Shown: positions 28,903 through 39,691, counted from the stretch's first letter. The stretch: 64,000 nucleotides of DNA from Pseudomonadota bacterium (GCA_009927165.1 RFNO01000106.1:3409-67408); one strand, 5' to 3'. A program made the numbers and translations. Notes: generated by a model not told the origin, from the sequence alone.

Positions 28903-29796
28903 ATGGAATGGCTACAAGTTAAAGTCTTTAGCGATGACGAATCCATCAAAGAAGCAATCTCAAGCCTCTTTTTTGATCTTGGGGCAGAAGGTGTCAGCGA
29001 AACGGTCGACAAGGGCATCTCACAAGGAGTCTCTGCCTGTTTTTCCGTCGAAAACGAAAATAAAATCAAAAATGAGATCGACGTCTTTGTTAAGAGGATC
29101 CAAGAAATCTTCCCGAATGCTATCCATCTGAAATGTGAGTTTTCCTATCTGAAAAAAGACAAATGGGCCGAAAAATACAAGGAGTTTTATAAAGCACAAA
29201 AGCTGACTGATCGGTTTTTTTTAAGACCCAAGTGGGACAATCACACTCCTGTTCCGCAAGACATGTTTCCACTCATTCTGGATCCGGGACAGGCGTTTGG
29301 AACGGGCCTTCATCAAAGTACCCGACTGACCATGAAACTGATGGAAGATATTGCCGGTCTTTACCCTGCTTTAAATAGAGTAAATCTCATGGATGTTGGC
29401 ACTGGTTCAGGCATTCTAGCGATTGCCGCCTTCAAACTAGGCTTTGGTCAGATTACCGCCATAGATAATGATTTGGATGCCGTAAGAGTTGCTCGGGAAA
29501 ATATCGATTTTAATGAATGCCAGGACATCGATGTGTCGGGCCGAGACCTAGCGGAATTCAAAAGCTCTTTCGATGTTATTTTGTCGAATATTCTTTTGGA
29601 AACCCATTTTTTATTAGCTCCTCATTATCGCCGTTTGCTGGTTCCCGGCGGTCAACTCATCCTATCAGGTCTTCTCGGCGGACAATTTGAGACGTTGGAT
29701 CAAGTCCTAAGGCCTTTGGGGTTTGTTTTGCAGCAAAAATACTACTTACAAGAATGGGCTGCTTTCAGTTTTACTCTCCGTCCAAATACGACATAA
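28903..29796 (+). CDS. prmA: ribosomal protein L11 methyltransferase
   Basis: Typical PrmA layout with DVGTGSGILAIAA SAM-binding motif. Confidence 0.8.
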   Translation: MEWLQVKVFSDDESIKEAISSLFFDLGAEGVSETVDKGISQGVSACFSVENENKIKNEIDVFVKRIQEIFPNAIHLKCEFSYLKKDKWAEKYKEFYKAQKLTDRFFLRPKWDNHTPVPQDMFPLILDPGQAFGTGLHQSTRLTMKLMEDIAGLYPALNRVNLMDVGTGSGILAIAAFKLGFGQITAIDNDLDAVRVARENIDFNECQDIDVSGRDLAEFKSSFDVILSNILLETHFLLAPHYRRLLVPGGQLILSGLLGGQFETLDQVLRPLGFVLQQKYYLQEWAAFSFTLRPNTT

Positions 29797-29854
29797 TCTT
29801 TTCCAAAGAAGAGAATCTAGTCACCGAAGTCTCATTAAGGTATGGTGATCTACT

Positions 29855-30856
29855 ATGTGGAGAAAAATTTTTCTTTTAGTTTGTTGGAGTTCTGTTGTTT
29901 CTGCCAAGACGGAGCCGCTGAGAATCTATACTTATGAATCTTTGATTGGAAAAGATAGCTTTGGCGAACTGGTTCAGCGAGAATTTTCAAAAAGGGCCGG
30001 AGCTGAAATTCAGTTTGTTTCTTTTACCTCTGCTGGAGAGGCCCTCAATCAAGTGTTATTGGAACGCCCCCACATTAAAGCAGATATCGTTATGGGAATA
30101 GATCAAGTGTTGTTTCTGAGAGCAAGGGAATATGATTTGTTCGATTCCGTCGAAAATAAAATTCTTAAAAGAGTTGAGACTTCGTTGAAAGATCCGCAGT
30201 TGAATGGTTTTGTTCCATTTGACTTCGGCTATTTGGCCTTTGTGTACGATTCATTGAGAACAAGCCCGCCCCCAAAAGCAACTCTCGGAGAATTTCCGGG
30301 TATGTTAGGAAATCAGAAAGTTGTGATTCAAGACCCTCGTACTTCTACACTTGGAATTGAATTGTTGATTTGGACAGGAAGTAAATTAGAAGAGCAATTT
30401 GAAACCTTTTGGAAGGGATTGGCGCCCAGAATTCTCACTATTTCACCTGGTTGGTCTGGTGCTTATGAGTTGTTTTTGAAAAAGCAAGTTGATTATGTGC
30501 TCTCTTACACCACGAGCCCAGCCTATCACCGAATCCGGGAAAACAAAGAAAATATAAAGGCTCTACTTTTTGCCGATGGACACTTTCGACAGGTTGAGGG
30601 GCTAGCAGTTTTAAAAAGTTCTAACCAGAAAGTGTTGGCAAAAAAGTTTATTGAACTGGTTTTAGAGAAGGAGATTCAAGAAAGTATTCCCACCTTGCAG
30701 TGGATGTATCCCGCACGATCCGGAGCAAATCTTCCTAAAGAATTTCGAGATATCCCAGTTCCGACAAAAGTTTCTATGGATTGGAATAAAATAACCGCTC
30801 ACAGAGATGAGTGGACTAAGCTGTGGACACTGATTTTGAGCAGAGAAAAGAAATGA
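29855..30856 (+). CDS. thiB: thiamine ABC transporter periplasmic binding protein (TbpA/ThiB-like)
   Basis: FVPFDFGYLAFVYD, QDPRTS, LSYTTSPAYH, WMYP blocks as in TbpA. Confidence 0.7.
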   Translation: MWRKIFLLVCWSSVVSAKTEPLRIYTYESLIGKDSFGELVQREFSKRAGAEIQFVSFTSAGEALNQVLLERPHIKADIVMGIDQVLFLRAREYDLFDSVENKILKRVETSLKDPQLNGFVPFDFGYLAFVYDSLRTSPPPKATLGEFPGMLGNQKVVIQDPRTSTLGIELLIWTGSKLEEQFETFWKGLAPRILTISPGWSGAYELFLKKQVDYVLSYTTSPAYHRIRENKENIKALLFADGHFRQVEGLAVLKSSNQKVLAKKFIELVLEKEIQESIPTLQWMYPARSGANLPKEFRDIPVPTKVSMDWNKITAHRDEWTKLWTLILSREKK

Positions 30857-32397
30857 GTCTGATTTTTTATCTTCCCATCTGCCTGATCTTTTCGATGGGC
30901 TTCCTGTTTCCTGTGGTTTCTCTTTTTGTGTCCGGATTTAAAGGCTTCAATCTTGCTTTTTTTTCGGATCCCTTTTTTGAACATGTGGTTACTTTTACCT
31001 ATGGGCAGGCTCTTGTAAGTTCTCTTTTAAGTGTGTTTTTGGGTTTGGTGGTTGCGTTTCTTATTCAAGAATGGAAAGTCGTTGGCGGAAGATTTTTATG
31101 GCGATTTTGCCTGCTTTGCTCTTCTTTGCCTTCTATTATTGTTGCTTTAGGTATTCTCGGAGCCTGGGGTCCAGGAAGTATTCTGGGACGAATTGTTTTT
31201 GATCAACGAACAGTATTTGGTTGGCCAGGATTGTTGTTGGGACATGTTTTTCTTAATTTTTCAATACCGATGAGATTGATTGGAAATGCTCTTCGAGAGC
31301 GAAATCGGACTTCGGAGTTGACTGCTTTATCAATTGGAATGAATCGCTGGTCGGTTTTTTGGAAAATCACTCTCCCTGAAGTGCGAACCAGTGTTTTGTC
31401 TTCTTGGATTTTAACCTTCCTGTTTTGCTCCACCAGTTTATTTATTGTTTTGTTTTTGGGGGGAGGGCCTCGATTCACCACGCTAGAAGTATCACTTTAT
31501 GAAGCTGTTAAATTAAATTTCGATAATGGAAAAGCAGTTCAAATTGCTTCGCTGCAAGCTTTAGTTGGCATTGGACTTTACGTTGTTTATTTAAAGGCTC
31601 AAAGGCCGCCTCGAATTAAAAGTCCCAACTTAGTCCCTTCGATTTTTGTTCCACGATCTTTCTCGAGTAGCATGTTAGGTACGGTTTCACTTTGGGTTTT
31701 GATTGGAGCGCTGATTGGAGTTCCGCTAGTTTCTATTCTCCAAGATGGGGGATTTTTATTTTCTTTTTTGGATAGTAGTGAATTGTGGAGCGCGGCGGTT
31801 ATTTCTTTGGGAATAGCTGGGGCAGTAGGATTGATTGCCATTGTTATTCTTTACCCTCTTCTTCATGTTCTCCATCATTCCCAGCGCAGTGGACGGAAAC
31901 AGGCACTTTTGTGGTTAGTGGTTCTACCTCAGTTTTTTTCCAGCTTGGTGATTAGTCTTGCAATCTCAATTTTTTATCCTGGGGTAAGAGGAACTGAAAT
32001 GATGGCTTATTTAGGCATAGTGCTTGCTCAAACTTTATTTGTGATACCTCTCATTCAGTTTCCGCTGAGAGAAGGGTTCTATCATTATTCACTGGAACGG
32101 GAATGGACTGCTCAGAGTTTGGGGGCGAGTCGATGGCAGAGATTTCTCCATGTAGAATTGCCGATTATGCGCAGACCTCTTTTTTTAGCAGTGCTCATCA
32201 CTGTGGGATACTCTCTAGGAGAAGTATCGACCATTTTGCTGTTTTCACCCATGGGTATTCGTACTCTAGCGCTTGGAATTTTTCAGTCGATGAGTCGGTA
32301 TCGATTTCAAGAGGCACACGCCATTACGGTAATACTTTTGTTAGTGATGCTGATAGTGTTTGGAGTTGCTGGGTTTTTGGAGGATTCAGATGAGTGA
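30853..32397 (+). CDS. thiP: ABC transporter permease with duplicated transmembrane domain (ThiP-like)
   Basis: About 515 aa with two 6-TM halves; start taken at the Met that overlaps the thiB stop. Confidence 0.65.
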   Translation: MSLIFYLPICLIFSMGFLFPVVSLFVSGFKGFNLAFFSDPFFEHVVTFTYGQALVSSLLSVFLGLVVAFLIQEWKVVGGRFLWRFCLLCSSLPSIIVALGILGAWGPGSILGRIVFDQRTVFGWPGLLLGHVFLNFSIPMRLIGNALRERNRTSELTALSIGMNRWSVFWKITLPEVRTSVLSSWILTFLFCSTSLFIVLFLGGGPRFTTLEVSLYEAVKLNFDNGKAVQIASLQALVGIGLYVVYLKAQRPPRIKSPNLVPSIFVPRSFSSSMLGTVSLWVLIGALIGVPLVSILQDGGFLFSFLDSSELWSAAVISLGIAGAVGLIAIVILYPLLHVLHHSQRSGRKQALLWLVVLPQFFSSLVISLAISIFYPGVRGTEMMAYLGIVLAQTLFVIPLIQFPLREGFYHYSLEREWTAQSLGASRWQRFLHVELPIMRRPLFLAVLITVGYSLGEVSTILLFSPMGIRTLALGIFQSMSRYRFQEAHAITVILLLVMLIVFGVAGFLEDSDE

Positions 32398-33094
32398 AGT
32401 TGTCATATCCAAGTTGCAGGTTGAGCGAAAATCATTTGCTCTAGAAATCAGTTCTCTTAAGCTTGGAGCTGGTAAAATCCTGGGAGTAATGGGTAAAAGT
32501 GGTTCAGGAAAAACGACTCTTCTTCACGCTATTGCTGGTTTTGTATCGTTGAAGTACGGAGATGTTGATGTTTTTGGCATTCGTGTAAGCGAACTTCCTC
32601 CGGAGAAAAGAAAAATTGCACTTGTTTTTCAAAAGCCTTGGTTGTTCGAGCACCAAACGGTTTTGGAAAATGTTTGTTTCGGCTTGAAGCTGCAAAGTCT
32701 ATCAAGAAGCAAATGCGAGGAGCAAGCCAGGTTTTGGCTGAAGCGAATGGAAATCGAGTCACTCGAAAAACGAAAAATTTGGGAATTATCGGGAGGTCAG
32801 GCCCAGCGTGTATCACTGGCTAGAGCAATGGCAGTTAAATTTCCTTTGCTACTTCTGGATGAGCCTTTTTCGGCCCTGGATAGTCCTTTGAGAAAAGACC
32901 TGCGAAATCTTCTGAAACAGATTGTTCAGGAGTCAAAATCTTGTGCCATCCTGGTTACTCATGACTGGAGAGATATTGAAGGAACTTCAGACCAAGTCTT
33001 AATTTTAGATCAGGGAAAAGAACTGGCTTTTGGAAGTCCCGAAGAGATTAGAAAAAATCCGAATAGCCGAATAAAAGCTATTTGCGAAGATTGA
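32378..33094 (+). CDS. thiQ: ABC transporter ATP-binding protein (ThiQ-like)
   Basis: GKSGSGKTT Walker A, LSGGQAQRVSLARA signature, LLLDEP Walker B. Confidence 0.75.
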   Translation, partial: WRIQMSEVVISKLQVERKSFALEISSLKLGAGKILGVMGKSGSGKTTLLHAIAGFVSLKYGDVDVFGIRVSELPPEKRKIALVFQKPWLFEHQTVLENVCFGLKLQSLSRSKCEEQARFWLKRMEIESLEKRKIWELSGGQAQRVSLARAMAVKFPLLLLDEPFSALDSPLRKDLRNLLKQIVQESKSCAILVTHDWRDIEGTSDQVLILDQGKELAFGSPEEIRKNPNSRIKAICED

Positions 33095-34040
33095 TTACTT
33101 TGCCTACTGAAGAAGATTGCGACGGTTTAAAAGGACTGAGCGATTCAGCTTTCACCAAAGTCCAATGGCTTCTTTGGGCATTTAGCGCTTTTAAAAGGGC
33201 CAAATGAATGGCATGCCCTCCGCGAAAACTGACTAATTCTCCCTCAATCCATGACCCACAAAGAGCCAGGTCACCCAGGGCGTCGAGCCATTTGTGTCGA
33301 ACACACTCATCAGCAAATCTGAGTCCTTCTTCGTTGAGGATATCTGCTCGAGAAAATCCGAGAACATTATTTAGAGAAGCACCCAGAGCCAGATTTCTCG
33401 CTTTCAACTTTTCCAACTCAGATTCGAAACCAAAAGTTCTAGCGGCTCCCACTGAATTGGCAAAATCTCTGGGGGTGAGATCCATCGCAAAGGTTTGGGC
33501 TCCAATTTTCGGGTGAGCAAAGTCGATGGAAGTGGTCAACCTCAAGTGATCTCTGGGAAGTAACTCGCAAATGGCCCCGTGCTCATAAACTTTGATAGGT
33601 TTTAGCACTCGGAGAGTGCAACTAGAAAACTCCTGAAGCTCAACACCAGTTTCAAAGATGCCTTCTACGAAAGGGAGTGCACTTCCGTCTAAGATCGGAA
33701 TTTCCGAGCCAGTTACCTCAACAAATACATTCGTAATACCGATTGCATAAACCGCAGCAAGTAAATGTTCGACAGTAGAAATTCTCACTCGCGGATTGTC
33801 CGGCAGGCCTAGGGTGGTTGCTAGTGCTGTTGAAGTCACGAAACTATAGTGAGCAGGAATTTTAAAAAGTTTTTTTCCATCAGATTTGAGGAAAACAATC
33901 CCAGTATTGGGAGACGCCGGAACCAGCTCAATTTTGGAGCGATCTCCCGAATGAAGACCAATACCCTTAAAAACCAAACGAGCCTTCAGAGTCTTTTGAA
34001 CTCGATAACTGTCGGGCATTGAAAAAAAATGTTTGGTCAT
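33078..34040 (-). CDS. lpxC: UDP-3-O-acyl-N-acetylglucosamine deacetylase
   Basis: RISTVEHLLAA, ILDGSALPFVEGI, HKWLDALGDL blocks. Real start is probably the internal Met (MPDSYRV...). Confidence 0.88.
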   Translation of the reverse strand: MTKHFFSMPDSYRVQKTLKARLVFKGIGLHSGDRSKIELVPASPNTGIVFLKSDGKKLFKIPAHYSFVTSTALATTLGLPDNPRVRISTVEHLLAAVYAIGITNVFVEVTGSEIPILDGSALPFVEGIFETGVELQEFSSCTLRVLKPIKVYEHGAICELLPRDHLRLTTSIDFAHPKIGAQTFAMDLTPRDFANSVGAARTFGFESELEKLKARNLALGASLNNVLGFSRADILNEEGLRFADECVRHKWLDALGDLALCGSWIEGELVSFRGGHAIHLALLKALNAQRSHWTLVKAESLSPFKPSQSSSVGKVINLRK

Positions 34041-34293
34041 AAAAGCAAGCGTTGAAACTGCAAACTCAAAGCAAAAGATGTACCATGGTTAAAGGCCCCC
34101 AGAAAATCAGGGTTTTCACGGTAACGCAACGCATTTATTAGGGCTTGTAGTGGGTGAGTTTTGCAACAATAGTGCAGAGAGTGGGGGGGTTTCCCCACAG
34201 CCAGCTCTTATTTCCACGGTTTTTGACTTCTGGTACGGGAAATGAAAAAGTCTGCAAGATTAAGGAAATAACTAACCTCACTGAGGAAATAGT

Positions 34294-35181
34294 ATGGCAT
34301 CTCCAATACGAAAAGTAGTGATCCCCGCAGCTGGTTTAGGCACCCGGGGTCTTCCGTTTACCAAAGAAATACCCAAGGAAATGCTACCTATTATCGATAT
34401 TCCCACGATTCATTTTATTGTGGAAGAAGTGTTGGCTGCCGGGATTGAGCAGGTCATTTTTGTTACCAGCCGGGGAAAACATTCTTTACAAGACTATTTT
34501 GATTACTCACCAGCGTTGGACAGCTTCTTACGACAAAGAGGAAAGGGTGAGCTTGCAGATAAAATGCGTCGTATAGGAAGTATGTGTGAAGTGATGAGCG
34601 TCCGCCAAAAAGAGCCTTTGGGCTTGGGACATGCCGTTCTTTGTGCTCAGCACTTGGTCGGTGCTGAAAAGTTTGCCGTATGTTTGGGAGATGAGATTTT
34701 TCCTCCGTGGGGAGAAGCCAATAAAGCACAAGCACCCTTAAAAAAATTAGTGGAAGCCTCATCGAGTATTAATGCGAGCCTAGTCGGAACCGTTGAAGTA
34801 GCGACCCAAGAGACTAAATCCTATGGCATGTTGAAGCTCTCAGAGCCTATTGGGGACGAGCGGCCAGCGAGAATTCTTGGGACGGTAGAAAAACCGGCAC
34901 CTGAGAATTCGCCTAGTCGGTTTGCCATTATTGGCCGATACGTTTTTGAACCAGAAATATTCGATTGTCTAAGTCGAACCCCCAAAGGAGCGGGAGGAGA
35001 AATCCAGCTAACGGATGGAATGAATCAGTTGTGTGAAAAAGGGGGGCTGTTTGCACTGAAAATTAAAGCTGCCCGTTATGATGTGGGTAATCAGTTTTTT
35101 TATTTAAAAGCTCAAATTGATGAAGCTCTTCGTCGACCCGAATTAGCTTCCCCATTAAAAGAGTACTTGAAAACCTTATGA
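34294..35181 (+). CDS. galU: UTP--glucose-1-phosphate uridylyltransferase
   Basis: KVVIPAAGLGTRGLPFTKEIPKEMLPI N-terminus and LTD motif. Confidence 0.88.
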   Translation: MASPIRKVVIPAAGLGTRGLPFTKEIPKEMLPIIDIPTIHFIVEEVLAAGIEQVIFVTSRGKHSLQDYFDYSPALDSFLRQRGKGELADKMRRIGSMCEVMSVRQKEPLGLGHAVLCAQHLVGAEKFAVCLGDEIFPPWGEANKAQAPLKKLVEASSSINASLVGTVEVATQETKSYGMLKLSEPIGDERPARILGTVEKPAPENSPSRFAIIGRYVFEPEIFDCLSRTPKGAGGEIQLTDGMNQLCEKGGLFALKIKAARYDVGNQFFYLKAQIDEALRRPELASPLKEYLKTL

Positions 35182-35203
35182 TGCAATTTTTTGGGAGAGT
35201 CCA

Positions 35204-36055
35204 TTGAAGAAAGTTAGTCTTATTGTTGGATTAGTTTCAATTGTTTCAAGTTCTCTGGTCTGGGGGTTTGTTCCGCCATTGACTGCAGTGCTAAAAATCG
35301 GTTTCGAGGGGAGAAAAGCGGGTTCTACCGAAACTACTTTTCGTCATCAAATCACACTAAAATCGGGAGAGACCATCACAGTAGATGAACAGATTGCTGA
35401 AATCGATGGTCGCACCTACATCATTTTTAAGAGTGCCACTTTCGGAGATGTGGCAGGAACTTGGAATCGAGGTGCTTATTCCTTTTCTGGAGATAAAAAA
35501 ATATCCAGCCGTTCCAGTATCTGGAATAGGTATTGGTTAACTGCGAACGGAGAAGACTTTCGGGAGCAGCTTATCCAAGAAAAATTTTTGAAAAGAGATC
35601 AATTGCTTCAGTTGAAACCCGCTTTTACTCCCAAAGGTGATCCAGCGACTTGGGATCTCAAGGAGAACTATATTATTCAGCCACAAGTGTACTTTGCCCG
35701 CACTCCTTCTGGAGTGTCGATTGTAGCCGTTGGTCAAGAGGACGCTACTTCGCGAAAAGCTGTGTTTTTTGATAAAGCTAGTTTGGTCTTAAGTCGGTTG
35801 GAGTGGAAAGACGGTGAACAAACCACTGCTTGGAACTTTACTAACTTTAAAAAAATGCCTGGAGATGGCATGTTTCCTTCCGAATTTTCATTTTTATTTG
35901 AGAACAAAGAAGTTATTAAATCGATTCTTGTATCTAGGCGGCCTTTAAAAGATAAAACAAAATCCCAATGGATGAGTCTCTATAATGCCCAAGCAAAAAA
36001 TTCTTTGGCACCCACTTTAGAAGAAGGTCTGCGGTTACTGTTGGGTTATCGATGA
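35204..36055 (+). CDS. hypothetical secreted/lipoprotein-like protein
   Basis: Signal peptide; stop overlaps the priA start (ATGA). Confidence 0.4.
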   Translation: MKKVSLIVGLVSIVSSSLVWGFVPPLTAVLKIGFEGRKAGSTETTFRHQITLKSGETITVDEQIAEIDGRTYIIFKSATFGDVAGTWNRGAYSFSGDKKISSRSSIWNRYWLTANGEDFREQLIQEKFLKRDQLLQLKPAFTPKGDPATWDLKENYIIQPQVYFARTPSGVSIVAVGQEDATSRKAVFFDKASLVLSRLEWKDGEQTTAWNFTNFKKMPGDGMFPSEFSFLFENKEVIKSILVSRRPLKDKTKSQWMSLYNAQAKNSLAPTLEEGLRLLLGYR

Positions 36056-38067
36056 TTATTGATGTTGTTGTACCTTTTCGGGTTTCATCTTCTTTTCACT
36101 ACCGGATTGATCCTGAGCTGGGAAAGCAGTTGAAAGCCGGGAGCGTAGTGGAAGTTCCGCTTGGAAAAAGGAAAACTCATGCGTTTGTAGTGGGATTTGC
36201 TGAGACTTCGGATATTCCCCCTGAAAAACTTAAGGATGTGTTTCAGGTTCTCAAGTCGGAACCCGTTTTTGATGAAAATACAATTCGGTTTTTAAAGTGG
36301 ACATCGGATTATTATTGCCATCCTTTAGGGGAAGTTTTCGATGCAGCTATTCCCCGTCATAATTTAAAACCCAAAAAAGCAAAGAAAAATATCAAAAAAG
36401 CAAAGCTCAACTTCAATATTTTAAATCAGGGTTTCGACCAACGTCCGAAGCTGACCGATGAACAACAAAAAGCTGTTGATGAAATTTTGAATCCGTCTGA
36501 ACAGCGACCCTTCTTGCTTCATGGGGTAACGGGAAGTGGAAAAACTGAAATTTATTTAAGGGTTCTTGAGGCACTCTTGGCTGAGGGCCGCGGTGCGATT
36601 ATTCTAGTACCAGAAATTGCGCTTACTCCCCAGCTTATGGGAAGATTTGCGGCTAGATTTCCTGATAAAGTAGCAGTTTTGCATAGCGATCTTACTCCCA
36701 GGGAGCGTTCTGAACAGTGGGAACGTGTTTACTCTGGGGAAGCAACCGTCGTAATTGGTGCCCGTTCTGCGATCTTTGCGCCAGTCAAGAATCTGGGACT
36801 AATCGTCGTGGATGAAGAACAGGAGACTTCTTTCAAGCAAGAAGATTCGCTTCGCTACAATGCAAGAGACCTTGCAGTAGTTAGAGCAGGGTTTGAAAAA
36901 GCTAAAGTGATATTAGGTACCGCTACTCCATCTCTGGAGAGTTATTCCAACGCTCGTAGCGGTCGTTATTTCTATATTGAATTAAAAAAACGAGTCCACG
37001 ATCGGCCATTACCACAAACCACTTTCATCGATATTAAGGATCGCTCTCAGTGGTACAGCCCCAAAGTGCCTTGGTTGAGTCGATACTTAGTAGAAAAAAT
37101 TCAGAAGAGCCTGGAGGAAAAAAAACAAACCATTCTTTACTTGAATCGCTTGGGGTTTGCTCACTTTCTTTTTTGTAAAGATTGTGGACACACGTGGCGG
37201 TGTAAAGATTGTGATGTGTCTTTGACCTACTATAAACATCCTCCCAGTTTAAAGTGCCACTACTGTGGCATCATCCGAGCTGTTCCAAAACTTTGTGAGG
37301 AATGCCACGGAACAGAGTTGGACTTTTTGGGTTTGGGTACAGAACAAGTTGAAGGGCAGCTTCGTGCTCTATTTCCGGGCGCTAAGATTGCTCGAATGGA
37401 TCGTTCTCAAATCAAGAACCGGAGAGATCTGGAAAATATTCTCGAGCAGATTTCAAATCGTGAAGTTGACATTGTCATTGGAACTCAAATGGTCGCTAAA
37501 GGCCATGATTTTCCCGGTATTTCACTTGTTGGGATTTTGATGGCCGATGCAAGTCTCAATTTACCGGACTTCAGAGCAAACGAGCGAACTTTCCAGATCG
37601 TAACTCAGGTTGCTGGACGGGCGGGGCGAGCGGGTGAACCGGGAGAAGTAGTTATTCAATCGTTGAATCCCGCACAGCCTACGTTGCGTTGGTCAGCAGA
37701 AAATAAGAGTATGGAGTTTTACACGACGGAATTGAATGCGAGAAAAATGTTTGGTTTCCCTCCCTTTCAGAGGATGGCTTTGCTGAGATTTCAACACACT
37801 CAATCGATTTCCGTACAGGCTTATGCAGAGGAAATTGCTGCCTTTGTCAGATCTCGAATACACGAAAAAGGTTTGAAGTGTACTGTTTTGGGGCCCTCTG
37901 AAGCTCCTATTTCTCGTGTGAAAAAGCTATATCGATGGCAGTGTCTAATTAAAGCAGAATCGGTGAGGGACCTTCAAACTGCGTTGCGAGCTGTTTTTGC
38001 CTATAATTTATCTAAAAAGACCTCCGTGAAACTAGCTGTTGATGTGGATCCCCTGAATTCAATGTAA
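36052..38067 (+). CDS. priA: primosomal protein N' (replication restart helicase)
   Basis: [10 protein letters not shown] Walker A, DEEQE, Cys4 zinc-finger pair CKDCGHTWRCKDC...CHYCG. Confidence 0.9.
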   Translation: MIIDVVVPFRVSSSFHYRIDPELGKQLKAGSVVEVPLGKRKTHAFVVGFAETSDIPPEKLKDVFQVLKSEPVFDENTIRFLKWTSDYYCHPLGEVFDAAIPRHNLKPKKAKKNIKKAKLNFNILNQGFDQRPKLTDEQQKAVDEILNPSEQRPFLLHGVTGSGKTEIYLRVLEALLAEGRGAIILVPEIALTPQLMGRFAARFPDKVAVLHSDLTPRERSEQWERVYSGEATVVIGARSAIFAPVKNLGLIVVDEEQETSFKQEDSLRYNARDLAVVRAGFEKAKVILGTATPSLESYSNARSGRYFYIELKKRVHDRPLPQTTFIDIKDRSQWYSPKVPWLSRYLVEKIQKSLEEKKQTILYLNRLGFAHFLFCKDCGHTWRCKDCDVSLTYYKHPPSLKCHYCGIIRAVPKLCEECHGTELDFLGLGTEQVEGQLRALFPGAKIARMDRSQIKNRRDLENILEQISNREVDIVIGTQMVAKGHDFPGISLVGILMADASLNLPDFRANERTFQIVTQVAGRAGRAGEPGEVVIQSLNPAQPTLRWSAENKSMEFYTTELNARKMFGFPPFQRMALLRFQHTQSISVQAYAEEIAAFVRSRIHEKGLKCTVLGPSEAPISRVKKLYRWQCLIKAESVRDLQTALRAVFAYNLSKKTSVKLAVDVDPLNSM

Positions 38068-38120
38068 GTTTTTTGCCTTTAAGGCCCGGTTAACCTTCTT
38101 GTTGAGAAAAATCATCTCTC

Positions 38121-38849
38121 ATGATGAAATTAGCCATCGTGATAACTTCATTGAAATACTTCTTTTTTGGCGCAGCGCTCTCAACCCTTATTGCAGTGGG
38201 AGCTTCCGATCCATCACCGGAAACTCAGTCTGATTCTGAAGCCACCAGTAGTAGCGTGGTTCGAAATAAGATTTTCTATAAAGCCGGCAAGATTGAGTTT
38301 GCTGGAACTGCGGGGTTAATGCCGTACGATGATGTAAATAACCACTATTTGGTGGGAGCAAAAGTAAGCTGGCATCTCGGCGATCATTGGGGTTGGGAAA
38401 TTCTGGACGCCCAGAAAGGTTTTGCAAGCGTTACCGATTGGACCAATAATTTAGTGGCTACTAATTCAAACACCAGGCTCCAAACGGCTCAGCTCAATTT
38501 CATGGGCACTTCTAATATTGTCTTCTCTCCGCTCTACGGCAAAATTCGTATTTTTGGATCTTCCTTGGTTTATTTTGATACCTATTTAGTAGCTGGGGCA
38601 GGACTGGCATCGACGGAAACTCTACAAATCGCTAATTCTGCAGGCAAAGCAGTTACTTCAAGTATCAAAACCGGTATGGATCCTGTTTTTGATTTTGGTC
38701 TCGGGTTTAAATTATTCCTGACTCGCTCTGTAGGTTTGGTTTTGGATTTACGTGACTACGTAGTTTTTTCCGAAACCTACGGTCGCAGAACCGCTAAAAG
38801 TAACTACTCGGTTTTGGTAGGGGTCAATTTCTTTATTCCTAACTTTTAA
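38121..38849 (+). CDS. hypothetical outer-membrane beta-barrel protein
   Basis: Signal peptide, amphipathic beta-strand pattern, C-terminal ...FFIPNF. Confidence 0.4.
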   Translation: MMKLAIVITSLKYFFFGAALSTLIAVGASDPSPETQSDSEATSSSVVRNKIFYKAGKIEFAGTAGLMPYDDVNNHYLVGAKVSWHLGDHWGWEILDAQKGFASVTDWTNNLVATNSNTRLQTAQLNFMGTSNIVFSPLYGKIRIFGSSLVYFDTYLVAGAGLASTETLQIANSAGKAVTSSIKTGMDPVFDFGLGFKLFLTRSVGLVLDLRDYVVFSETYGRRTAKSNYSVLVGVNFFIPNF

Positions 38850-39691
38850 ATTTTCTTTTTAGGCCGAGATTTTTTCACCAACTTTGGATTGGTTTTATTG
38901 AAACTGGGTTGAAGGACCCAAAAGCCCACTGAAATGCTGATTACCAACATGGCGATGGATAAAAGTTGACCCATGCTCAGTCCCAAAGTGAGGTATCCCA
39001 GTTGACTGTCCGGCTCCCGAAAGAATTCAACACCAAATCGAATAAGACTGTATCCAACCAGAAAAACTAAAGAGAGTTGTCCATCACGTCGAAAACGATT
39101 CTTGAGAATCCATAAAACTGCAAAAAGTACGACACCTTCTAGGAAAAACTCGTAAAGCTGAGATGGGTGCCGAGGAAGAGGGCCCCCTTCTCGAAAAACA
39201 ACTCCCCACGGCACTTCGGTAGTTCTGCCATAGAGTTCCCCATTAATAAAATTGCCAATTCTACCCATGGCCAGTCCGGTAGGAGCAGCAAGGACTAGAG
39301 CATCCGCAAAATTCCAAAAGGGAATTCCCTTTTTCCTACAGAAAAGTATAGCTGCACAAATGCTACCAATAAGACCTCCGTGAAAGGATAGTCCCCCCAA
39401 GTAAACTTGAAAGAGATAAAGGGGATTAGCTAACAAGTTCTTAGGGTCATAAAACAGACAATAAAAAATCCTAGCTCCAGCTACGGTGCCGATCAGCAAC
39501 CAAACAATAAACTGTTCGACATCTTCCTGTGTGAATTTGAACCGGTCCTCTTTCGCCAAAGCTCGTAAAATCCATCGAGCAACAACAAAAGCCCCGACAT
39601 AAAGTAAGGAGTACCACCGTATCTGCAGTGGACCCCAAAGGTGAATTAGTACCGGATCGATATTAGGCTGATGAAAATAAGCTGGAGACAT
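38846..39691 (-). CDS. lgt: prolipoprotein diacylglyceryl transferase
   Basis: Polytopic membrane protein with the GRIGNFINGELYGR signature. Confidence 0.88.
   Translation of the reverse strand: MSPAYFHQPNIDPVLIHLWGPLQIRWYSLLYVGAFVVARWILRALAKEDRFKFTQEDVEQFIVWLLIGTVAGARIFYCLFYDPKNLLANPLYLFQVYLGGLSFHGGLIGSICAAILFCRKKGIPFWNFADALVLAAPTGLAMGRIGNFINGELYGRTTEVPWGVVFREGGPLPRHPSQLYEFFLEGVVLFAVLWILKNRFRRDGQLSLVFLVGYSLIRFGVEFFREPDSQLGYLTLGLSMGQLLSIAMLVISISVGFWVLQPSFNKTNPKLVKKSRPKKKI

Noticed and set aside
34181-34198. G7-containing hairpin GTGGGGGGGTTTCCCCAC in the lpxC-galU divergent region
   Set aside because: It is a short local hairpin in a promoter region. Nothing distinguishes it from an incidental element, and it lies outside any CDS, so a slippage consequence is unclear.
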